Shown: one piece after another, positions 1 through 10,657 of the stretch
Layout: each line of letters begins with the position of its first letter
How positions within the stretch are numbered: the stretch's first letter is position 1
Source: Balanoglossus misakiensis
Taxonomy: Eukaryota; Animalia; Hemichordata
Assembly (NCBI GenBank): GCA_040954595.2
Contig: CM082582.2
Coordinates: forward strand, 8,857,483 to 8,921,482
Length of the DNA: 64,000 bases
Reading direction: 5' to 3'
The notes under the pieces: model-generated
Databases searched by the model: none
The model's input: the letters and a program-made list of their open reading frames with translations, nothing else
Told to the model about the DNA's origin: nothing
Made by a program: the position numbers and the translations under genes

Positions 1-672
1 ATTTTCCAGGATTCGAGATAGATGTTTGTTTTGTGACAGCATAGATAGGCTGACGAACACAGAATTCCAGTCATCGCACCGCGTATATCGAATTTTCCTA
101 AAATGTATTAAACAGGTGATTTCTATTATTTTACATATCAAACATATCAGGATGCATTTACAATGACATAAATGATGCTTAAAGATACTTGTAATAAAAT
201 GGATTTTGAAGGACTTTTGCTTCAAGTCTTTTATGTGTCTGTGTGACTGTTTGTGACTGGGAACTGATGTAAACTCTCGAGTCTCAAGACAAAGAAATGA
301 CGCTTGCGAATGTAAAACACGACAAAATAGACAATATAGGCCTGAATTCTCGAGTTCTGCATGCTTGATGTTTATAATAGTTTTGTCCCTGTGTGATGCG
401 TGGCCGGGATATTATCATCGTTAACATTATTCTTCGAAACGAGGTACGTGTATCTTCATCCGAGCAAATTTATTTTGGGTTAATGAATTATAGTGACGGG
501 TTGAGAGACATGGCAGAGACGTAGTTCGGCGATAAGAACTCATGAGGTAACAACATCGACAAATAAAAAAAACCCGGACCCTATACACCGGTTACGTAAG
601 TCGATATACATATAGTTGATATCGCCATGACATCGTTACATTCGGTGAGTTTCAACACTTCATGATACAATC

Positions 673-3024
673 ATGGCGACCAGCACCTTGCTCAAAATCA
701 CCAAGCGTCGAGTTACACTTTGCAGCGTCGTTCTTTGGGGATTTTGCCTCGAAATGACATCAAGCGCAGGTCAGTATGTTGCAACAAGTTTGTGGTGGTC
801 ATGGTAATTACCCGAGGAACAATTGTACCACGGTAATACTAGTACTTCGGGGAGGGCATAAGCCCAAGACACAAGTCGCATTTTAGTGTTTTGCAAAGCA
901 ATGGCGTAAATGACCCGTGGCTTCATCAACCTAGGTCTATGTTCAGCGATCCATGATACATTCAACACCACAAATGCAAAAAGCTCGACTTACTATCTCC
1001 GTCATCTCCTTTTTCCTTTTCAATGAGATATCGATGTTCGGATGATGAAACGAGTAGGCCTATACATTTCTCGATGAAAACAAATTGAAGATTTTTCTTC
1101 TGAAGCGGTTCAGTCAGGGTTTTTTTTTTTAAATCTCCTCTTGACACTTTTTACTGTACAAGGAATAAACATGCTTTGAAATTTAAAATGCGGTTCTTTA
1201 TAATATAGAAAAATATCCCCTGTATTCTTGAATATACTGGAGAGTGAATGAGATTGCCATTGGCCTAATTTAGCCTCGGAATTCTGTCAAAACGATGCTT
1301 GAGTGACGGTCACAACGAGGACTGTGGTTGTTTTGCCAAAAAATGGGCAAGGAAAACGCATGCATGCATGACCAACGCGACAAACACTTGCCCAACGGTA
1401 CAAGGGAATAATTCACCTGCATTCACATCTCATCATTTACCGATCTTTTTTTCTTAAATTTCAGTGTTTATGTCACAGCACTGTGATGACGTCATCACGT
1501 CGGTTGGCGACCAAGTGTACTCGCAAGAGCCACTCTTTTATTCAAATAACATAGATTGTACTCTGACGTTCTGGGCCACAGAACCATGGCAACACATCCA
1601 CCTTAAAGTATGTATGTATAACGTTTGTATGTATGTATGTATGTATATCATCCACTTGATAAGATATCCCAGGATACTATGATTCCCTTTCGTTCCAAAA
1701 AAATAAATGGAGGGGACACCCGGGTTCGAACCAGGGACCTCTCGATCTGCAGTCGAATGCTCTACCACTGAGCTATATCCCCGTTGTATCTGTGGATGAA
1801 ACATCATATTTTTATCGAAAAAAAACGCGAGGTATGTACGTACGGACAAATAAATAATCTTGTTCTTCTATTTTTAGTTTGTAAGTATCGATTTTGACTA
1901 CAGCTACGAATCTAAAGGATGCAGAGACTACGTGCAGGTGTTCGACGGCGGGTCTGTACACAGCCGGTTGGTCAGTGAATTGTGCGGCCGTCAGCTGGAA
2001 ACGGTCAGAGAGTTCGTGAGCACGGACAACGCCCTCACTCTGTGGATTTCCACCGATCATTCCGTCGTGAAACAGGGGTTCCACGCCGTGTTTTCAGCCT
2101 TCTATAACAGAACATCCGGTAAGGACATCATGATACAGCATGCAAGTCTATGAACGCCTGGCATTCAATGGGATATGCAATCCATTTTTTACAACATAGC
2201 AATTCATGATAGACATTGCACTGGTTTGGATGGGAGGGAGGGATACTAGTATATCGCTCGATCGATTTTTAAGATACTCTTGTTATCTTTTACGATTTCA
2301 GGAAAGGGTTGTGACCCGGATGACACAATTGACTGCCTCAACCATGCCCGGTGCATTTCATCCGACCTGGCCTGTGATGGCGTCGACCATTGTTCCAACT
2401 ATGTCGACGAACTCGGTTGCAAAGGTGAAAAACATACAGCAGTTGACTAATTAAGATATAAGGGAATTTCTTCCGCGTACAATGTACATGTATATACTCA
2501 TGTTTTATATTCAGCACACAAGCATTTATGCATAGTCATGTGGTCATTTAGTAACCCCCCCCCCCCTCTCTCTCTCTCTCTCAGATGATGATGATGACGA
2601 CGACGACGGTCTGTCAAGCGGAGAAATCGCCGCCATAGTCATAGGATGTACATTAGCGTTTATCATTATTCTCGCTATCATCAGCAGCTGCGCCAACGAA
2701 GTTTATAAAAAGAAGAAGCTGAGAAAGAACACAGTGAGAAATGGTGGACAGACTACCCAGTCGTCCAATAACACGACCCAACGCCAGGTTCCCCGACAGC
2801 AAACCAACACAGAGTGGGCGATTACAACCTCAACAGTTACCGTTGATGGCGCATTTCCATACCCGCCGGCCTACTCACCACCTCCACCGTACGATGAAAT
2901 CATTTCGTCCGCCGAGGAGCAAGAATCTTCCGTTGATAGGCCTCCCTCAAACGTCGCGGTTTATGAACAAACGGTCCCTGGCTGCACTTCGAGTGTCCAG
3001 GTATACTCTTCCACAACACGCTGA
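673..3024 (+). CDS. CUB + LDL-receptor class A single-pass membrane protein with cytoplasmic PPxY motifs (5 coding exons)
   Basis: Phase-consistent GT-AG exons: 673-769 (signal-like MATSTLLKITKRRVTLCSVVLWGFCLEMTSSA); 1465-1607 and 1878-2118 (CUB: YSNNIDCTLTF...CRDYVQVFDG...LCG...F.A.F); 2302-2424 (LDLa: CDPDDTIDCLNHARCISSDLACDGVDHCSNYVDELGC); 2585-3024 (acidic stalk, TM IAAIVIGCTLAFIIILAII, KKKK, PPAY and PPPY, stop). The first exon is the least certain. Confidence 0.85.
1697..1703 (-). terminator. RNA polymerase III oligo-T terminator of tRNA-Cys
   Basis: A T7 run on the minus strand about 8 nt downstream of the tRNA 3' end. Confidence 0.75.
1711..1782 (-). tRNA. tRNA-Cys (GCA), intronic and antisense to the CUB-LDLa gene
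   Basis: The reverse complement reads GGGGATATAGCTCAGTGGTAGAGCATTCGACTGCAGATCGAGAGGTCCCTGGTTCGAACCCGGGTGTCCCCT. It forms a cloverleaf with GCA anticodon and A/B boxes. Confidence 0.97.
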
Positions 3025-5249
3025 CTTCGTAAGAAAACACGTCAAGATGGAGACGGCAATCAACTTACATTACACGGCTTCCATGTTTTCCCTATGTGCT
3101 TTGCGACAAGGGCGCAACATTGGAAAGCGCCCGCAAACGACTACTCAATTTATCCATTATTATTGAACACGAAAAATGGAAACTGCAAATGAAAGTGCTT
3201 TCGTTTTATTTCGCTGCTTCATGTTATTTTGTGTTGACATATTTCTGATGCTGTTTAGTTCATTCCCATCATAGTAGGACGCCAGGCTTTTTAATATCTA
3301 ATAAATCAACCTCACGGATAGTGCCAACTAAATTGCACTTTCATTACGTTTCAAATTATTATTTTCAACTAATCAACAGGTCAGCCCAATTCTAAAAATA
3401 GCTTGACAAGAAGCAAATCTAACAAACGCATATCAGTCTGCATGCTGAGACAGAAGTTGAGCAAGGGCGTTTCCACAACTGAGCAACCATGGTAACGAAA
3501 TGACGAAACAAGAAACAGCTGTCGTCTGCTCAAAATGTGACTTTCTCTTGAAAATGAAATAGTGACGCCGATGACTGAACAGGGTGATTGGCAGGAAGAA
3601 AAATCGAAAGCGACAAAACGTTTCTTTGCGTTTCCTTTGAGCACGGAGGGGATTATGTCAAGTAGGTGTCGCGAAACAAAAGAGCGTAATGGGGCTTATC
3701 CTGTCCGTTTCCTTGGGAACGAGGCTCGGTTTGCTCATAGACCCTGGAGGAGGGTAATGATGCCGTCCAGGAAATGAGTTAATAATAATTCTCTTGTAGT
3801 TTATTCAATGTATCAGGCTGATCGTGTGAATCTGGAAGATTTTTGCCAAGAATAAATAAATACATTTTGGAAGGCGGTCTGTTCCGTTCCTTCTTCGCGT
3901 GAATTATCGTGTGTTTATTTCGTGATGCGTACGCAAGTTGCGGTACGAGACCCTTGTGGTACTGGTATCCATTTTGCGAATATGGACAGAGCAAAGATCA
4001 CTCTTTCGTTGTCTTTGGTCGATTCTAAAGACAGCCATGGGTACACGCCAGGTGCTAGGCCAACAGTTTAAATACAAACGATTGACACTTAACGTTCAAA
4101 TAGTATAAATATTGACTGTACAATTAGGCAGGCGTTTTCAGCTAAACCTAAACGACCATACTCGCTCTTCAGTAAGCCAATAAAAAGATAATAAAAGTAA
4201 TTTAAGTATTATTTTTATTGATTAATGGAAACAACTGGTGACCTTTGAAAGATAAATTAGAAAGCTGTAAAGTGTGGGTGGGCTTGGTCGCAGATCGAAT
4301 TGTACTGTCCGTTAAGAGCTCGAAGAACCACGCACAGAGAGACGAGCGATCAGGCCGTTCTTGTGGAAAATTGTTATTGAACTAAAATCGTTTTCTGTCA
4401 AAATGCCCCCAACCCGCGGTCGCGCGCGCTGTCCGGTTGTCAACAGAGATTGTTGAATATCTAATACCAAGGCACACCTCACGCAAACTTCCATGTTTCT
4501 TTTCACAGTTCGGTAGACACAACACAAGACGTGTGACGTGAACTTCAGCTGCCAGGCTCCGCAAACTCGAAAGATGGCATTGATTTTCTGAGCCAAAACG
4601 CAAACAAGAAAACGGTTACGGTTGCTATAAACAATGGCTTTTATTCAATTCTCGACTCTGCTATGGTCACATCGAAAACAATAACTGAACATAATCACTC
4701 AACAACAGACATACACCATCTCAAGCATAGTGATATTTAAAAGTACAATAAATATACATTAATTAGAATCGTTCAAAACACAAACGGAAAATAAGAGACA
4801 TTGTAAAGCAAACCTGGATTACTTTGTTGTAAACTTCGATGGCTTTAAAGTCGTAACATCATCATATATACAAAGACATTTTAATTTCTACGAGAATGAC
4901 GACGCTGTCATGGTGTTTGAACTAAACTAAAATTTTCATTTTTTTCTATGTACAGTTAAAATATATACGCAAAGTGCAGACATAATTTCAAAACATATAA
5001 AAGGTCGACTTTGGCACTTGTCACAAATTTTGCTGAACTTACTGAATTGTAGTTTCCCTTTAAAGACGTGTTCATCAGTTACGTACACAAACTGAATCGA
5101 TTTAGACATTTTATAAATATATAACTTCAACATTTATGTCGTAAACAGGTGGGATCTCCATACTGAGCCGTTTGTAATCGTGACGTTGGGTATGTTTATT
5201 GCTGCCTCATTCGGGGTGTCTTGGTGGCGGGGGAGGGGGGTTACGACTA

Positions 5250-6595
5250 CTAGGTAGACTTGGGGTGTGAGGGGAGGGCCATGGCTGTGGTGGTTGCTAA
5301 GGGAGGCGGCGGCGGAAAGACAAACCCAGCCGCCGCCAGTCTGGCATCGAAGTGCCTGGGCAGCAAGGAAAGTCCGAACTGTGTGTGAGCGTACATGTAG
5401 CCCGGAGGCAGGGGCAGAGGGTGCGCGGCCGCGGCGTACATGTGATGGGCTTGGCTGAAGGCGGCGGCGGCTGCGTGATGGCCGTGGAGGTGAGCGGGGT
5501 ACGGCATGTTCCACAGCTTGCTCGTCAGGTCGTACGGACGGAAGCCGCTTTTCCTAGGCCTCGGTAGCATGTCGAGGAAAGCCTGTTCTTTTCGTTCGTG
5601 GTTCTGAGACTCAACCTGGGTTAAAAACGAAAGAAAATGGCGCAATTAAAAGTTGAGAGTCGAATCTATGCTCGTCCTTGCTTTAGGGTAGTATGCGCCG
5701 AAAGTCTAAGTTTTGTCACATTTTGCTAAAGACAACTTTAGGTAATTCTCGTTTAAAATTATAATGTTGTCTCATATTTTAAATTCAAAATGACCGTCAT
5801 TGTCATTTTATAGATGCACGGCAGGCAGCGAGAATACACCGAACGCATAAATGCAAATTTTCTGCGACTGCGTAGCTCTCTGCTGCCACACTCGTATAAC
5901 GGTCCCCCCCCCCGGGGGGGAAGGGGGCTTGAAAATATTGCCTCGCGATCCAGTGTACGTGTTCATCCTCCCCCTTAATTAAGTCTCTAGACAGGTGCTA
6001 TCTATATAGCTTCTCTATTCACCCGCACACATTGCCACAGTCCTATGTGCAAGGCGTTTCCCACACACATAAACACGAGTAACACGGCCTTTCAGAGATA
6101 ATTTTCTGGTTGTCTGGGCACCGTTTGTCTGGATGCAGCCCCCCAGTTTGCCGCATTCATCGATAGCATTACCCCGGAGTAACTTATTTATGACACAAAC
6201 AACGAGAAGCGAGCGTGAAATGAGATTATCAGCCCCAGCTATTCACCGCCTCCGATGTCCGACATAAAGGAATCCGATAATTCGGCGTTAAGTACAGGGG
6301 AGAGACGGCGTCATGTGATCATTACCTGCGTGGCACAATGCTGGACGATCAATATTGTTAAAATCGTGGGGCCTTGAGAAACACGGCCGGACAAAAGTGG
6401 CAGGTTCCGAATGTGCACTCTTTATTGACTTATGTCGGATGACAATGGTACCTAACGGCTGACTGACATGTGTCGCTTTTAACAATTTTTTTGTTGCGGT
6501 ACTGATATTTTGACAAGACTGGCTCGGAATAATAACGGTGACAATGTTGTAAGGTAGCATTCATGTTAAAATAATGGTTTGACACATTTCTCTTT

Positions 6596-6647
<52 letters not shown>

Positions 6648-6893
6648 GACGATATGCAAAACTGCGCATGTCATCTGAACATCATGATCCGCTTTACGGT
6701 TCATACGTCAACGAAATTACGCACTATTGTTGGGAATCAAATAAAAGTAGTAACTGAACATTAATAACGTTTATTGGCCCCACGAGTCAGTTTTTAATTT
6801 AACTGCCGACGTCCTCACGATTCAAATTGTCAGTGTCTATGCCCGTCTGGTCTACTGTCTACATGGTCTGATCAAGCTGTAATTCTGTGATAC

Positions 6894-6972
<79 letters not shown>

Positions 6973-9900
6973 CAATGTTAAACTCATTTGTTTAAGGACA
7001 AGTGGAACCATCTGTTTACATCCCCAAAGTTTGCATTTGCCGTTTTGGCGCGGTTACTATAGTCACGTTGATACGGCAAACGGTTTTTTAAGTCCCCAGG
7101 CGATTCTTTCTGTATCCATGCCAACATATAAACTAGTCGCTTGTGAAGTGCATGAATATTTCAGGCGAATGACGCGTCTAAGTTCCGATGACGCGGTGCG
7201 GCTTCTTCTTACACCGGCTCATCTCTGTCCACGAAACGGATTACGGATCTCTTAAGAAGGAGAAATGGCCAAATGTCACGCTCCGCCTTTGGTGAAAAAG
7301 GCCCAACTAAAGAATGGCGCGTAAATTATGCATGCCGGGCGCTCAATGGTCGGGAGGAATGAGATCGACCCGTCGTATTTGAACACCACTGGTGATGCGG
7401 CAAAAAAATAATAAAGAAACTGCCCTTCGTTCCTAAGCTAATGGAAAGTCGTGTGAACAAGGCAAAGGGATCGATCGACATTGCAAATGCGGACGAGGGC
7501 TCAAGGTAACAAACAACGTGAACAGCGGAATGAAATAAAACGGGCGAAAATATTAGGCGATGCTGGGTGACACCTGGGATACATTTTATATGGATGCTGA
7601 CACACGTTGGCAATCGACAGACCGCATGGCTCTTCGTTGTAAATTCAATATAGAACTAATTAAAGTGTCCTTTATAGAAATCGATTAATAAGAACCCCCA
7701 AAAGCGGGTTTTGGTGATAGGTATAACGTATTTGAAGCTATGTCACCATATGGTGGTTCTAAATAGCTGTAAATGACTTCAAGAACGATCTGATGCCAAT
7801 ACCGACGGTAATCATCGGGTAGCCTTGGGTTACCGCGATGGACGTCTGACTTCACGGCCTTTGCTGTTTCAAGCGGAACCAGTCCCGTATTACTGAACTC
7901 TTGCGTCTCCTATCACGGTTCCAGATCATGATTTGAAACGTTGTCCGGACCCGACCGCTTTCCGTTCACCAGGAAAGATCCCAAACACCGCGAAATCGCA
8001 CCAACGGAGAGCAAACACCCCTCCCCCCAAAACAGTTCTTTGTACTTGTCAAGGAAAAAGTTACACGAACCTTATAATTATGACTTCTTGAGAGGGTTAA
8101 CGGATGGGTGGGTCGCAAATGGACCCACAATGGACATTTTCCGCGAAATCTGCCACATAACGGAACGGGCATTAGCAAAATCAATATTCTTCCGCGGTAA
8201 GGAGTCCGGGGAATGGCCGCAATTGCTTTTACTTAATGAGCGATAATATTCGCTTGATTGGACGCCACTCAACGCCCAGATAATGAGCTGTGTTTTTAAT
8301 AGGCACCATTCTTCTGAAATTAGCAATTAGGTTTTTAATGTAACACAGTTATAGGCGCTTTTGTTTTATGTTTACTCCGGGTAACCCTGTACGCTATGTT
8401 TGCAAACCCTCGCGAGCTTGGTAAGGGGAGAAACTTCTATTTTTAGTCTTCTTAACTTCCAAATGTACGTCGGACATATACTTACTTTCGACTGTTGTGT
8501 GTTGTCGTCACCAGTGCGTGATGTTGCCTTCTCACTTTGCGTCCCCTCCTCCGCCATCTTGGATCGTTTGGTGTCTGAATATTTAGAATAAAGGTAAAGG
8601 TTACCTCCATTTTAATGGATGCGGGCTTTTTTGTCTGACATTATTAAGCGAGAATAGGGGACCCCGGGAAAAAGGACCCCACACATAGCTTTTTGGTGCA
8701 GAACGCTTGTTTCTACTGGTGTCCAAACGCTCGGACCGTGGCGAGAATGGTTGCTGATTTTGCGCGAAATGAAAAACTTTGATGATGCATTCGGAATTGA
8801 AATCGTTCAGCATTCGCTCGCAATCAAACAGACCAGAACGTGGCAATCATATCTGGTATCGCGCAGAAGGCGACAAGTTTCCATCGGTAACGTGAGTAAA
8901 ACAGTATCGATTGGAACGGCGCAGTGAACACTGGATGATGAGGGATTAACCAGCACCCTACTGATTTCATCCAGTGTCTCGCCAGAATTCGGAAAAAGGG
9001 TCGGCACGGAAAAGTTTTCGAAACTGACGATTTCCTTTCAACCGAGGCCGACGCGCGCACTACTTTACGAACGGACTGACACCAGGTATTCTGTAATATT
9101 GTAGACATGATATTTACACCCAATGGCGATTTGCGGGGTTTAATGTTTCTGTTGGAGGTTAGATCAAGACCACCTACAGATGCTGCATGAATACTTAATC
9201 CCATCGCCATTTGTAAAATCGACTCGTTGGAGGATGGTATAGGTCAAGTTTTACAGCGTGGCAATGTGCTATTCTATGGATTACAGTTGCAAACATTGCA
9301 GTAATAATGAAATAAACGATAGGTATTTCCTCAGATAGTGGGGTTATAGTTCATACTTACTTTGACCGCTTTCTTCGTCTTCCTCTTCAGTGAACGAGTC
9401 GCTGCCTTTTCTCTTCTGGCTTAGTCTATCACTGGAATTTCCCAAAATATCATCGATGGCAAACGACACCGGTTTATGGTCGAGATGTTCGGCGGGCGCC
9501 GGGCGGCCTTCCCCGCCGAGGCTGGATTTATCGGCCCGGTCCTCCGCTCCCGTCTGCCCGTCGTCTTCGACGGACGACGTGCTGTTGCGGAGAATGCGGT
9601 TGATGGAGCTGACGCTGGGCAGGTTCTCCTTGCTGCAGACGCCGTCGTCGAGCAGGCACTCGCGGATCTCCCAGGCGAACATGGACGAGTTCTGCCGCTT
9701 GTACTGGGCGATCTTCTCGATGACCTCCGGCGTGGAGACCCGCGGCTTGCTGCCGCCGATGGCCCCGGGCAGGATGGACCCGGTCTCCGAGAACCGACTG
9801 AGGATCTTGCTGACGCAGCCGTGCGACACAAGGAGCTGGCGGGAGATATCGCACGGGCGGAGGCCCAGGTGGGCCAACTCGAGGATCCGCTGTCGGATGT

Positions 9901-10657
9901 GTAGAGGGAGCGGCCGGCCGTTGGCGAAAATGCCGCCAAGTTGGTTAATACCGCCCTGCCCTGCAAGAGAACACATCAAATTTATTCTCACAAAATGGAC
10001 TGCGTAATCATTTGTACTGGTCATCGACAAAATTATACAAATTAAATGTTTATGCCATTTTCGTTTACATCCACGGAAATCAAAACATGCAAGATACAAC
10101 AACTTATTATTATACAGAGAAAAAGATCTACAATTCATTACAAGAGGGCGCATTCTTTCTGTCAACCGCGCGGAAATGCGGGGAGAATCTTTTTGAATGA
10201 ACATCTGAATTTTGGAATTATTCTAGTCTGTCTGTCTGTCTCAATCTCTCTGCCCCTCTTCCCCTCTCTCACGCCGCCCCCTCTATCGTTCCATTTCGTC
10301 ACCAGAGTCTGTTAGTGTGTTTCATACACATCTTGTTTGGAGAGCTTTTTCGATCAGGCCGGGTGCGTCGATAATAGGTCGCGGCAAAAGTCAACAAGGG
10401 AGAGTGTAAAATATCCTAAGTAAATATTAAGTAGAATTAAACCCTAATGAAGTGAGAAAACAAATGCGGTCTGGACCAAAGTTTTGTAATGAATAGATCA
10501 TTCTACTGGTCCAGTTGTATGCAAATTATTAACTGATTCCCGTCGATGAGACTAACATTTCCCTCCCCTCTGAAATAACAATTTATAGGAGATAAATTTG
10601 AAATAAAAATTTCTCCTTTAATTAACTCTATGAGTTTAACACACTTGTCTCCTCCAT
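5250..10657 (-). CDS. Paired-box transcription factor without intact homeodomain (PoxN/PaxA-C/Pax-alpha-like)
   Basis: Exon 9960-9361 encodes a complete paired domain ([18 protein letters not shown]...[20 protein letters not shown]...[13 protein letters not shown]...MFAWEIR...[12 protein letters not shown]) and an octapeptide/eh1 motif SFAIDDILG. Downstream exons 8574-8486 (phase 1 to 0) and 5615-5250 (His/Ala/Pro-rich, stop) fit the phase. A putative 13-nt start exon 10657-10645 (MEET) is less certain. Confidence 0.9.
6590..6647. repeat. (TTTC)n microsatellite
   Basis: Direct reading; lies in a Pax intron. Confidence 0.9.
6894..6970. repeat. (GTT)n microsatellite
   Basis: About 25 perfect units; it produces the spurious poly-Val ORF 6887..7255. 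Confidence 0.95.

Noticed and set aside
1538-1849. 103-aa minus-strand ORF
   Set aside because: It is a translation through the tRNA-Cys and the (ATGT)n repeat.
6326-6450. Possible additional Pax exon (phase 1-1)
   Set aside because: The acceptor is weak, and the phase does not fit between the phase-0 junction of exons 8574-8486 and 5615-5250.
6887-7255. Poly-Val ORF that looks like a membrane protein
   Set aside because: Artefact of the (GTT)n microsatellite.
9390-10007. 205-aa antisense ORF and other overlapping ORFs over the paired box
   Set aside because: Explained by high GC3 of the sense exon; no recognisable domain.
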